DNA from: Polyangiaceae bacterium
GTDB taxonomy: Bacteria > Myxococcota_A > Polyangia > Polyangiales > Polyangiaceae
Length of the DNA: 64,000 nt
Direction of reading: 5' to 3'
NCBI GenBank assembly: GCA_033763455.1
Contig: JANRKO010000028.1
Span: 181,705 to 245,704, forward strand
Shown here: piece after piece, positions 26,863 to 36,493 of the stretch
Position numbering within the stretch: position 1 is the stretch's first letter
Layout: each line of letters opens with the position of its first letter
Position numbers and translations under genes: made by a program
Notes under the pieces: model-generated
Databases searched by the model: none
The model's input: only the letters and a program-made list of their open reading frames with translations
What the model was told of the DNA's origin: nothing

Positions 26863-28727
26863 ACACACCGAACGGCGCTGCGGCAGAGGCCGTGTCAAAA
26901 GGCCGCGCGGAAGAGAAACTGAAAGCGTTTCACGAAGAAGCTGGCTTCGGTAAAGCGTATGATCGCCGCTTGCTGATCAAGCTCTGGCCCTATGTGCGCC
27001 CGCATCAGCGCCTGCTCTGGCTCGCTGTCCTGGTAATCTTGTTGAGTGCCGTGGGTGGGCTGGCCAAGCCTCTCATCATGAAACACGCCCTTGATGAGGG
27101 CGTGCTCGTGGGCGATGAAGGCGTCCTCATGGCCGCCGGCTTCGGGCTCGCGGCCATCGCGATTATCGAGCAAGTTTTGCTGTTTATCCAAACCTACGCC
27201 GTGCAGATCGTCGGCGCGCGTTCGATGGCAAGCCTGAGGAGCGCAACGTTTCGCTTCCTGCACGAGCTACGGCAGGGCTTCTTCGATACACAGCCGGTGG
27301 GGCGTTTGGTGACGCGCGTTACCAACGACGTTGACGCGATCCAAGAGCTCTTCGCCTCAGGGGCCATCAATGCTGTGGGCGATTTAGTACGCCTCGTTGG
27401 CATCGTGGTGCTCATGGTGATGCTGGATCCGAAGCTTTCGTTGGTGGCTTTCGCGGCAACCCCGTTAGTGGGCCTTATGGTAGTGTTCGTGCGGCGGCGT
27501 CTGCGTGAATCTTTCCGGGAGATTCGCGCGAAAACCGCGCAGATGAACGCGAATATGAGTGAACAGGTGAACGGCATGGCCGTGGTGCAAGCCTTCACTC
27601 AGAAAGACGCCGCGGCGCGCGAGTTTGACCAAATCAACGTTCGCTACCGTGACGCGAACATGAAGGCCATCAAGTTCGAAGCCATGCAGGATGCCGCCAT
27701 TGAGATGGTGGCAGCTGTGTGTTTGGCCTCGATCATCGCGGCTCTCGGGTACCACTCGGTGAGCTTCGGCACGATCGTGGCCTTCAACGCGTACTTGCTC
27801 ATGTTCTTTGAGCCTATAAGTGCACTCGCGCAGCGCTACGTGCTTCTGCAAAGTGCCATGACGGGTGCAGAGAGGGTGTTCTCGCTGCTTGAAGTGGATG
27901 CTCCCGATGCCCCCAAGCGTACGCCCGAAGAGGCAAGTGCTACTGTGCCAGTCGGCGATTCTCCCGCGTTCGTCTTCCAGGATGTCGTATTTGGATACAA
28001 GCCGGAACGCCCTGTCTTGCGCGGCGTTAGTATATCGGCCAAGCGCGGCGAGAAGCTCGCCTTGGTTGGGCCCACGGGCTCGGGCAAGACCACGATTGCC
28101 TCGCTGTTGCTCCGCCTTTACGACATTCAAGAAGGTTCGATTCGCGTGCAGGGGCGCGACGTGCGCGACTTTTCCCGCGAAGAGTTGCGGGCGTGCTTTT
28201 CGGTGGTGCCTCAGGATGTTTATCTGTTTCCAGGAAGCATTGCCTCCAATGTGGCCGCGGGCGAGCCGGATCTGGCCAAGGTAGAGCGGGTGCTCCGAAA
28301 ATTAAAAGCTTGGGATTTGCTTGCGTGCAGGCCAGGCGGCCTCCTGGCTCGCGTTGAGGAGCGCGCGAGTAACTTTTCGGGTGGCGAGCGCCAGCTGATA
28401 GCCTTTGCAAGAGCCCTCTACCGGGACGCACCGATCGTGATTCTGGACGAAGCCACTGCCAGCGTCGACAGCGACACGGAAGCTCGGCTCAAGGAAGCCG
28501 TGGAAGAGCTCTTGAAGGATCGGACGGCACTTATCATCGCACATCGGCTTAGTACGATTCGCGAGGCGGATCGCATCGTTGTTTTCCAAGCTGGTCGCGT
28601 TGCAGAGAGCGGCTCTCACGAGGAACTTCTCAGGCACGGCGGGCTTTACGCACGGCTGCACTCGTTGCAGTTTGCCAAAGCGCACGTGCCTCACGCGGGT
28701 GGTGCGGCTGCTGCTCCCCAGGGGTGA
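26859..28727 (+). CDS. ABC exporter, fused TMD-NBD (MdlB-like), heterodimer partner
   Basis: GTGA overlap; PVGRLVTRVTNDV, GPTGSGKTT, FSGGERQL, ILDEATASVD, IAHRLST. Confidence 0.93.
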   Translation: MNTPNGAAAEAVSKGRAEEKLKAFHEEAGFGKAYDRRLLIKLWPYVRPHQRLLWLAVLVILLSAVGGLAKPLIMKHALDEGVLVGDEGVLMAAGFGLAAIAIIEQVLLFIQTYAVQIVGARSMASLRSATFRFLHELRQGFFDTQPVGRLVTRVTNDVDAIQELFASGAINAVGDLVRLVGIVVLMVMLDPKLSLVAFAATPLVGLMVVFVRRRLRESFREIRAKTAQMNANMSEQVNGMAVVQAFTQKDAAAREFDQINVRYRDANMKAIKFEAMQDAAIEMVAAVCLASIIAALGYHSVSFGTIVAFNAYLLMFFEPISALAQRYVLLQSAMTGAERVFSLLEVDAPDAPKRTPEEASATVPVGDSPAFVFQDVVFGYKPERPVLRGVSISAKRGEKLALVGPTGSGKTTIASLLLRLYDIQEGSIRVQGRDVRDFSREELRACFSVVPQDVYLFPGSIASNVAAGEPDLAKVERVLRKLKAWDLLACRPGGLLARVEERASNFSGGERQLIAFARALYRDAPIVILDEATASVDSDTEARLKEAVEELLKDRTALIIAHRLSTIREADRIVVFQAGRVAESGSHEELLRHGGLYARLHSLQFAKAHVPHAGGAAAAPQG

Positions 28728-28816
28728 AGCGCGGCAGGCAGGCCTTGCACGTAGGCAGGTAGGCCCTACAAATAGGCACACGTTGCCGAAAGTGTCGTTT
28801 GTTTTACGATACGTGG

Positions 28817-29581
28817 ATGTTACGGCGTGCCAGCATATGTGCGTTCCTGATAGCGTTCGTTGCCTTGCCTTCTGGGCATTTGGCTGCCGCCGATGAGAGC
28901 GCCTTCAGCTGCGCCCCAGGGCTATCCGAGGTGGGCCACGCAACGTGTTCCTTTGACCCAAAGCTCGGTGACAAGAACCGGACGGTGCCGCTTGTCATCT
29001 TCCTCCACGGACTGATGCCTGGGGATGAGGCGGCACGGCACGGTTGGCAATCCTACGTTCGCGACATCGCCCAACACGCCGGCTTTGCGGTGCTGGTGCC
29101 AAGTGGGCGGCTGGGAGCGGGCCCGGGCCGTGACCCCAATATTATGGCTTGGCCCACTTCGGAACGAGCGCGTGCAGAACACGAGGCTACGGTGCTTGAG
29201 GATTGGGCGAAGGCTCGCGAGACCTTTGAAGCTGAACGGGGCAAAAAATTCACGAAAGTGTTCGTATTCGGCTTTTCCAACGGAGCCTACTACGCAACTT
29301 CGCTTGCGGCTCGTGCTCGGCTCGCGGTGAATGGCTACGCCGTGTTCGGCGGTGGTTCTGGCGCAAGCTACCTGCGTCGCCAGGCTGCCCAAGTCAAACT
29401 CAAGCCGCCCATGTTTGTCGGCATCGGAAAGCACGACGGCGCCCGCAAGGATGCCCGTTCATTGGCCCAAATGTTGAAACGGCTCGCTTGGCCGCATCGC
29501 TTTCGCGAAAGCCAAGGCGGTCACAACGTAACTCCGGCCCAGGCTAAAGAGGCCGTGCAGTATCTGGAGGGTGCGAAGTGA
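28817..29581 (+). CDS. Secreted alpha/beta hydrolase (phospholipase/carboxylesterase-like)
   Basis: Signal peptide, LVIFLHG, nucleophile elbow GFSNG, GKHD, GGH. Confidence 0.8.
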   Translation: MLRRASICAFLIAFVALPSGHLAAADESAFSCAPGLSEVGHATCSFDPKLGDKNRTVPLVIFLHGLMPGDEAARHGWQSYVRDIAQHAGFAVLVPSGRLGAGPGRDPNIMAWPTSERARAEHEATVLEDWAKARETFEAERGKKFTKVFVFGFSNGAYYATSLAARARLAVNGYAVFGGGSGASYLRRQAAQVKLKPPMFVGIGKHDGARKDARSLAQMLKRLAWPHRFRESQGGHNVTPAQAKEAVQYLEGAK

Positions 29582-29600
29582 GGCTCAGTGCGGCTTCGCC

Positions 29601-30026
29601 TCAGGGCATTACACTCACAGGCGCTGCCGAAGCATCCACGCGCACAAAAAAATCGGCACAGGTATCGTTCCGTACTCGGATAACGTTGGCATCTACCTGC
29701 TCGATCAAAGCCTCGTTGCCAGAAGCCAAAGAGAAGGAGCTGTCCTTCTCCTGAAAAGACAGAAAAATGCCAAGGTGCGTGGGCACTTTGCCGAGGCCAT
29801 GGGGGAATTCGTAGCGGCGCCCTGGGGGGAAAGCTAAAAATGGTTCGCTGAAGCTATTGCTTTCGTAGTGGGTCAGCGTGGCATCGGTGTGCCCGTTTGT
29901 GTAGACCACGGTGTTCGTGGCCGAGGCCTTCGTGTCGCACGCTGAGCCACAGCCAGCGTTGCCGGAGCCGAACACGCTGCTGCCGAGGCTGAGCAGGAGC
30001 GCGACACGGCTCAAGGTTCTCCTCAT
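29601..30026 (-). CDS. Hypothetical exported protein or lipoprotein
   Basis: Hydrophobic leader ending AGCGSAC; beta-rich body with FPPGRRYEFPHGLGKVP and VRNDTCADFFVRV. Confidence 0.65.
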   Translation of the reverse strand: MRRTLSRVALLLSLGSSVFGSGNAGCGSACDTKASATNTVVYTNGHTDATLTHYESNSFSEPFLAFPPGRRYEFPHGLGKVPTHLGIFLSFQEKDSSFSLASGNEALIEQVDANVIRVRNDTCADFFVRVDASAAPVSVMP

Positions 30027-30133
30027 GCCGTGTGGGGCCTTCAGGGCTCCGTGTGGGCCTTTTCTCTGCACCTGACGTGCTTAGCATGACAGGCATCCCC
30101 GGCTGAAGAGCTGGCGTCGTCGGTAGTGGTTCT

Positions 30134-30967
30134 CTACTCGAACCAGCCCTGAACCACCGCGCGTTCGCCCAACACGGCCAATACGTCTTCCGCTCGCCCG
30201 ATGTCTTTGGCGCTAAACGGACGGAAAATGCGCGCCACCTCTACCAAAACCACGAGCGTGCCGTGAACGAACAAGGGGATCATCGCCATGCCGCGCAGCC
30301 CCTCGGCGGAGCGGCCTAACCTACCCGCGATATGCCGGCCCACTTCACCGGGCTCCGGCTCCACAATCACCGTGCGATTGGCGCGTGCGGCGCTCAACGT
30401 TGGATCGCCCTCCAGCAACTTTTCTCCTAGAAGGTGCTCGGTGCCAACGCCGTGCGTGTACATGGTTACCGTGCTTCCCAAGTCCATCCGCACTCGGTGA
30501 AGTAACGCAATATCGGCGGCGACTGCCTTGGCCACGGTAGAGAGCGTGAGCGGTAGGGCTGCCTGCAACGTCTCCGCGTGACTTAGCACGCCGACTGGAT
30601 CGACCCTGGGCTGACGTGGAGTGGCATTGGTGTCTTGGCGCGGTGATTTGGAGAGCTCGGAGACCAACTGCTCACGGCTTGGCGGTGGCGGTGGATCGGA
30701 AAGGGGGCCCGCGGCGCGTTCCTCTAGCTGGGAGCTGAGGTGGGCGAGCTCGCTGACGGTTGCCTTGAGGCCCGCGCTGCTCAGGCCCTCCACGTCGTCG
30801 AAGCCGCGCCAAACGTTCCAGCTTTCGTGCCGGACCAGCGAGCCTTGGGGAATGCGACCGCTGACGACGCCGTGAGTGAGCACGCCGAATGCGACGGGCC
30901 CCACAACGACGACCCCGTTGGTAACAAACCAGCGATCCGGTGGGGACTGTTCTCGCGGAAGCTGCAT
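30134..30967 (-). CDS. GYF_2-like N-terminal domain + C-terminal GAF domain protein
   Basis: WFVTNG...VGPV...LVRHESWNVWR; Pro-rich linker; MAMIPLFVHGTLVVLVEVAR...PFS. Start uncertain; the ORF track starts at 31045. Confidence 0.65.
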   Translation of the reverse strand: MQLPREQSPPDRWFVTNGVVVVGPVAFGVLTHGVVSGRIPQGSLVRHESWNVWRGFDDVEGLSSAGLKATVSELAHLSSQLEERAAGPLSDPPPPPSREQLVSELSKSPRQDTNATPRQPRVDPVGVLSHAETLQAALPLTLSTVAKAVAADIALLHRVRMDLGSTVTMYTHGVGTEHLLGEKLLEGDPTLSAARANRTVIVEPEPGEVGRHIAGRLGRSAEGLRGMAMIPLFVHGTLVVLVEVARIFRPFSAKDIGRAEDVLAVLGERAVVQGWFE

Positions 30968-31128
30968 AAACTCAAGACCGGCTGCAGGGTAACAATGGAA
31001 GGTAAGGAAGGACTTCATCATACACATGCCTACACTCCACCACAAGGTCGATTTCCCTGGCCCCCTTCCTCCATTCGCTGCGGTAGGCTCGTTTTCGACA
31101 TGGCCTTCATTTCCGGAATCCGCTGCGA

Positions 31129-32643
31129 ATGAAACCTGGGCGCGTTTGGTTGGTTGGTGCAGGTCCCGGAGATCCAGGGCTCATTACAGTGCGTGGCCTG
31201 GAGGTGCTGCAGCAAGCTGAGGTGGTGCTTCACGATGCGTTGGCGCATCCCGCATTGCTCCAAGAGTGTCCGACGGCAGAGCTTATTAACGTTGGCAAGC
31301 GCTATGGGCGCCTCAATCCTCCGCAAGATCTGATAACGGAACAGCTCATCCACTACGCGCGTGAGGGGAAGCGGGTGGTGCGTTTGAAGGGAGGCGATCC
31401 CTTGTTGTTTGCTCGTGGTGGCGAAGAAGCGCTGGCGCTGGCGGAGGCTGGGATCTCTTTTGAAATTGTGCCAGGCATTTCCTCGCCAGTTGCGACGAGT
31501 GCCTACGCGGGGATTGCCCTCACGCACCGCGAGCTTTCGTCGAGCGTTACTTTCATTACCGGCTCGGATCGCGAGGGCGTGGAGTGGTCGCCTGAATCAT
31601 GGAAACGGCTAGCAACGGCGACGGACACCCTTTGCATCTTAATGGGCATGCGTCGGATAGAGGCCATCATGCAGGCACTGGTGGAGGGCGGGCGCTCACC
31701 CACTACGCCATGCGCGGTGGTGCATTGGGGAGCGCGCCCCGAACAACGCGTGGTGATGGGCTCCGTGGGCACCATTGCCGAACGCGTACGTGAGGCAAAT
31801 GTAGCCAATCCATCGGTGATAGTAGTGGGGGATGTGGTGGCGCTTCGGCAAAAGATGCGTTGGTACGATAACCAGCCGCTGTTCGGGCGACGCATCTTGG
31901 TGCCTCGGGCATTGGAGCAGGCTGAGGCCACAGCTAGGGCTATTCGGGTGCGTGGTGCGGAGCCGGTGGTGGTGCCGCTCATTGGGATCCACGAGCCCCC
32001 ACACCCCGAGGCGATCGATGCCACTCTTTCGCGCATAGGTACTTACGATTGGATTCTGTTCACGAGTGCGAATGGTGTTGAAAGATTTATGAGCAGGTGC
32101 TTTGCGTGCGGGCGGGACGTGCGAGCGCTCGCCGGGCCCAAGCTTGGCGTTGTGGGCCAAAAGACGGAGGCGAGCCTCAATCGCTTCAGCGTGACTCCAG
32201 ATCTTGTGGCTAAAAGCTTCGTTGGCGAAGATCTCGCGCGGGCCGTTTTGGCAGAGGGCTCGGCGCGGCGTGTGCTGATCCCGCGAGCCTTGGTGGCCAA
32301 TGAAACGCTACCGGGGCTTTTGCGCGCGGGCGGTGCAGAGGTGGAGATCTTGCCTGTGTACGAAACGCGTCCTGTGCCCGTAGAGAACCTACACGTGCTG
32401 CGAGCCGAGCTCTTAGTAGGTAAAATTGACGCAATCTTCCTCACTTCGGGCTCCGTGGTGGATTCCCTGGTGGAAGCGTTGGGTGCCGACGCTCTCGACC
32501 TTTTGAACCACACTACGCTCGGGGCCATTGGCCCGGTTACGCTTGAACGCGCTCGAAGCTATGGGCTAAGCGTGCCGGTTGTGGCTTCACCACACACGGT
32601 GGATGCGCTGCTGGATGCGCTGGAGCAGCACTTCGGGTCTTAG
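31129..32643 (+). CDS. cobA: Uroporphyrinogen-III C-methyltransferase / uroporphyrinogen-III synthase fusion (CobA-HemD)
   Basis: LVGAGPGDPGLIT, VVRLKGGDPLLFARGGEE; C-terminal WILFTSANGV, VYET, IGPVT. Confidence 0.95.
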   Translation: MKPGRVWLVGAGPGDPGLITVRGLEVLQQAEVVLHDALAHPALLQECPTAELINVGKRYGRLNPPQDLITEQLIHYAREGKRVVRLKGGDPLLFARGGEEALALAEAGISFEIVPGISSPVATSAYAGIALTHRELSSSVTFITGSDREGVEWSPESWKRLATATDTLCILMGMRRIEAIMQALVEGGRSPTTPCAVVHWGARPEQRVVMGSVGTIAERVREANVANPSVIVVGDVVALRQKMRWYDNQPLFGRRILVPRALEQAEATARAIRVRGAEPVVVPLIGIHEPPHPEAIDATLSRIGTYDWILFTSANGVERFMSRCFACGRDVRALAGPKLGVVGQKTEASLNRFSVTPDLVAKSFVGEDLARAVLAEGSARRVLIPRALVANETLPGLLRAGGAEVEILPVYETRPVPVENLHVLRAELLVGKIDAIFLTSGSVVDSLVEALGADALDLLNHTTLGAIGPVTLERARSYGLSVPVVASPHTVDALLDALEQHFGS

Positions 32644-32687
32644 AGGGGGCGAGCTAACGAGCGGGATGCTGCGTGGCTAACGCGCTG

Positions 32688-35327
32688 CTACAGTTCCACA
32701 CGCGCCACGAAGAACTTGTTATTCTCTGCTGGCGTAGTGATCAACGTGAAGGCTTTCACCTTACCTAGCTCGCTCTTGAGCGTCTTAAGCCGGCTGTGTT
32801 CGGTGGTGAAGAACATCACCTGCGTGCCACTCGCACGTTGATGGCGCAGGTATGTCTGAAAGGCTTTGCCGGTAGTGACATAGGCCGGCAGCTGATTGCC
32901 CGTGTAAAAATTCTCTCCCTTCCAGTTCATTTGGAAGGCAACGAGGGGTTCGGAAGGGCTCCTCCTTGCGCGGTAATAAGCCGAAATGGTGGAGCGTTGG
33001 CCCCAATGCTCGGCCGTTTGCGTGAGGTATACGTTCACACCAAAGCCGGCCCAAATCACGCTAAGCGCGCAGAAAGTCAGGAATGCAGCCCTCCTTGTTC
33101 GTGCGAGGCACAAGAGGAAGCTTACGAGCACGAATGCTGCAACGAACGCTTGCAGGGTACGCGAGTAATCCAGGTTGGCGGGCCATGCGCGATCGTAGAT
33201 GTAGGTAAAGAGCGCGATGAGCCGCGAGGCTGGCTCAACATCTCCTGGAAACTGAAATACAAAATCGCGACCGATGGTGGCAAGCAGGCACGCCGCTGCA
33301 AAGCTTAGGGGGGCGTAGCGCATCACCGCATTCGGATCTTGAGCGAGTGAATCAGCGGAGGAGAGATTGCGGTTGCGAGTGAAGATGGGCGCAAACGTTA
33401 CAGCCGTTAATATGGCAATCGGAGGCACGGCGGGGAGGATGTAGTGGTGAAATTTCGTGAGCGTGACAGAAAATACGCCGTACGCGCACAAGAGCCACAA
33501 GAACAGGAAAGCGAGTGCGTGGCGTTGCCGTTCGGGCGCCTCGGAGTCAGCAAAAACACCTGCCCCGAGCCCAACCGCGGCCAGGCCTGACCACGGGAAC
33601 AAGCCGTAGCCAAGTTGCCAAAGGTAGTAGCGGAAGGACGTGTCGGTGCCTGCATTCGTATCGTGCACGTGCTCGAAAGCGCGCTTGTACATGTCGTGCA
33701 GGAACAGCCGTTCTGTGAAACCCGAGCCGTGGCGCGCGTACATTTGCACCAACCAAGGTAGCGCAATGCAGGCAAGCAACAGGCCAAGGGCAGGAAAATC
33801 TGCCTGCCGTAGTAATTGCCAGCGGCCGGTGAGCAAGGCGAAGGCTATCCAAGTGCAAAGTGGGATAACCAAGCCCGGAGCACCTTTGGCCATGGTGCTC
33901 AGAGCCAGAGCAACCCAAGCGAACCAGAATAACAAGCGCTGCTCACGGCGCTCGTGTCGCGCTGTCCACAGGAAGTAGCCGAGCACCCCGAGCCATCCGA
34001 ACCCAGCAATTGCAGGCTCCGGCACCGGAAACAGTGGGTGGATAACCTGGCACAGTGCGTTGCCGGGCAATCCACAATTCCCACCGCCCGAGCCCGAGCT
34101 AAATACGTCGCGGTGAAATGAGAGTATTGGCGCGGCGCCAAAATCGAGCGTGAAATTCCTTGAGATCAGGTAAAGGGCTTGCGGGAGCACTAAGCCCACG
34201 ACCACCAGCACCAGCGCGGTAAATAGTGAGAGCTGAAGCGTAAAACTTCGGATTTTTATGCTTACCGTCGGCGCCTCTGCATCGTCCGGCGTGTTGGCGC
34301 CTAGTAGTAACAAAGCCATGCCGGCAACCATCGGTGCCACGTAGGCCATGTCCGTTACAGACTGGCGCGCCAGCAGATACCAGTAGGGCATGCTCGTGAT
34401 CATGAGCCCCCCCAAAAACGCGACGTTCGAGCCCCAAACACGCCTGATGGCTACATACAACAGGCAAACGCTCGCCAGCGCTGCCAGGAAGTTGGGGAAC
34501 CTTGCCGCCCACTCTGGCTCTGCCAAGCCGTAAGCGCCTACGAGCATTTGATCCGGCGCGTATCCCACCCCCAAGGCGGCAAAGCTTACGCCCTGCATCC
34601 AGAAACTCAAGATCGGCTTGGACCAAAACCAACCGTCTTGGGCCCACCACAAGCTGATCCAATCATCCCGGGTTAACATCTCGCGGGCAACTTCGCCGTA
34701 GTGCGTCTCCCAGGGATCGATGAGGGAGAATTTGCCTAGAAGCGGTAGGTGGAGCAGCGCGTTCAGCGTTACAAGCCACAGGCCCTTGCGGCCGAGCAGC
34801 TGAAGCGGGCGTGGTTGCCTTTCGGTGCCGCGAAATCTTCCTGCTAGCAGGCAGAGCGAGAAGACGCACCAAAGGAAAGTGAGCGTAACGATCGCTCCAG
34901 CTAGCCAGATAGTGCCACCAAAAACTCCCGCCACTGCGCCGCGCAGCGCAAGCAGAAGTACCGTGCAGGCGCTCACCAGATGTAGAAGGGGCAGCAATAA
35001 AGCTATGCCCTGTACCGACAAGGGTGCGGGTTTTTCGGACAACTCGGGTGTGCGTTCTGCTGGCCCTTGAGCGGTTGAAACCGCGCTTGGAATAACAGCG
35101 TCGAGTGCCTGGGGTTGGAGCCGCCCGAGAAGCCTCAGCACCAGGACGCTCACCAGCGCTATCGACACCAACCCCAAAGGCAAGCTGAGCGCTTGATGCC
35201 CCTTTAGGCTCATCACGGCGAGGGTTGGAAGGCACGCCGCCACAAGGAGCACTACAGACCGAAGACGTAGCCCAATTGGCTTGCCGTCATCGTCCGGTAG
35301 CTCTGGAGGAGGCAACGCGTGTGGCAT
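32688..35327 (-). CDS. GT-C glycosyltransferase (ArnT/PMT, GT83/GT39-like), polytopic membrane protein
   Basis: DPWETHYGEVAREM, SKPILSFW, EWAARFP, TDM, MAKG, TKFHHYILPAVP; many TM helices. Confidence 0.88.
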   Translation of the reverse strand: MPHALPPPELPDDDGKPIGLRLRSVVLLVAACLPTLAVMSLKGHQALSLPLGLVSIALVSVLVLRLLGRLQPQALDAVIPSAVSTAQGPAERTPELSEKPAPLSVQGIALLLPLLHLVSACTVLLLALRGAVAGVFGGTIWLAGAIVTLTFLWCVFSLCLLAGRFRGTERQPRPLQLLGRKGLWLVTLNALLHLPLLGKFSLIDPWETHYGEVAREMLTRDDWISLWWAQDGWFWSKPILSFWMQGVSFAALGVGYAPDQMLVGAYGLAEPEWAARFPNFLAALASVCLLYVAIRRVWGSNVAFLGGLMITSMPYWYLLARQSVTDMAYVAPMVAGMALLLLGANTPDDAEAPTVSIKIRSFTLQLSLFTALVLVVVGLVLPQALYLISRNFTLDFGAAPILSFHRDVFSSGSGGGNCGLPGNALCQVIHPLFPVPEPAIAGFGWLGVLGYFLWTARHERREQRLLFWFAWVALALSTMAKGAPGLVIPLCTWIAFALLTGRWQLLRQADFPALGLLLACIALPWLVQMYARHGSGFTERLFLHDMYKRAFEHVHDTNAGTDTSFRYYLWQLGYGLFPWSGLAAVGLGAGVFADSEAPERQRHALAFLFLWLLCAYGVFSVTLTKFHHYILPAVPPIAILTAVTFAPIFTRNRNLSSADSLAQDPNAVMRYAPLSFAAACLLATIGRDFVFQFPGDVEPASRLIALFTYIYDRAWPANLDYSRTLQAFVAAFVLVSFLLCLARTRRAAFLTFCALSVIWAGFGVNVYLTQTAEHWGQRSTISAYYRARRSPSEPLVAFQMNWKGENFYTGNQLPAYVTTGKAFQTYLRHQRASGTQVMFFTTEHSRLKTLKSELGKVKAFTLITTPAENNKFFVARVEL

Positions 35328-35395
35328 GCTCCTCTGTCCTAACAGCTTTCGCGGCTCAGGCTCAACTGAGAGTCCGCCTTAGCTTTGGACCGGAA

Positions 35396-36331
35396 TTAAC
35401 CTTCAGTGACTACGCGATTGCGACCGCCGTGTTTTGCGGCATAGAGGCGGCGATCGGCGATGGCGATCAATTCACTGCCGAGCGGATCCTGGCACTCAGC
35501 CAGCGTTGCACAGCCAACACTCACGGTAACTTTCAAGGTGTGCTCACCAGCCTTGATGTTCAACTCGGAAAGGGTCTTGCGTAAACGTTCCGCGGCTAGC
35601 GCGGCACCCGCAAGATCGATGTCGCGCAGGATTACGGCGAACTCTTCACCGCCGTAACGTGCGAACACGTCCTCACTCCGGATCATTTGCCGGACGGCCT
35701 GAGCCACTTCGACGAGCACAGCATCTCCCGCCGGGTGCCCGTAGGTGTCATTCACAAGCTTGAAATGGTCGAGGTCGAACATCAGCAAAGAGACGTCCGT
35801 ACGGTGTCGGCGTGCGTACGAAAGCTCTGCGTTCATGTGTGATTCGAAATAATCGCGGTTGCGCGCTCCGGTGAGGGGATCGGTAACGCTCGCTGCATAG
35901 AGCTGGCGCAGCATCTCTTCCTGATCTTCATCTGCGAGCGAATAGCGAAAGACCACAGCGGGCCCAAACTGAATCACATCTCCGTCGCTCAACGGGTGAC
36001 GGTTGATGCGCTGCCCCTGCACGAAGGTACCGTTGGCGCTCTCAAGATCACAAATGAGGTATCCCTCGCCGGTGGGTAAGATTTCGGCGTGGCGACGACT
36101 GATGCCGCTGTCGTTCAGCCAGAGTTCCATTTCCTGGCTCCGCCCGATCCTGAAGGGGCGGGAGGTAAGGCGGATAACCTGACCAAGCTGAGAGCCGTGC
36201 ACACCCAACAACAGGTGTCGATCCGCTTGCTTCACGGTGCGCGCGCCGCCAAGATCTTTCAGATCGACCACGGCAGTGCGTTCGTCGGCGCCTGAACCGG
36301 AAAAGTCGCTGAAATCCCTGCCTGACGTCAT
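35396..36331 (-). CDS. FHA-domain diguanylate cyclase
   Basis: FHA motifs IGRS, ISRRHA, DLESANGTFV. GGDEF domain DPLTG, DLDHFKLVNDTYGHPAGD, RSED I-site, RYGGEEF. Confidence 0.95.
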   Translation of the reverse strand: MTSGRDFSDFSGSGADERTAVVDLKDLGGARTVKQADRHLLLGVHGSQLGQVIRLTSRPFRIGRSQEMELWLNDSGISRRHAEILPTGEGYLICDLESANGTFVQGQRINRHPLSDGDVIQFGPAVVFRYSLADEDQEEMLRQLYAASVTDPLTGARNRDYFESHMNAELSYARRHRTDVSLLMFDLDHFKLVNDTYGHPAGDAVLVEVAQAVRQMIRSEDVFARYGGEEFAVILRDIDLAGAALAAERLRKTLSELNIKAGEHTLKVTVSVGCATLAECQDPLGSELIAIADRRLYAAKHGGRNRVVTEG

Positions 36332-36493
36332 TTACTAGGTCCCCATAGATCTACCATGGCCGCACACGCTGCGCGATGCCCGTCGTGGGCGGCGCCGTGA
36401 CAAGCCGATTTTGGCCGCGGCCACGAGGCCACCCAGAGCCTGCGCTGGATGGACGAACAAGGAGTGTAGTGTGGCAGTTTGTAGGAGCTGTGG

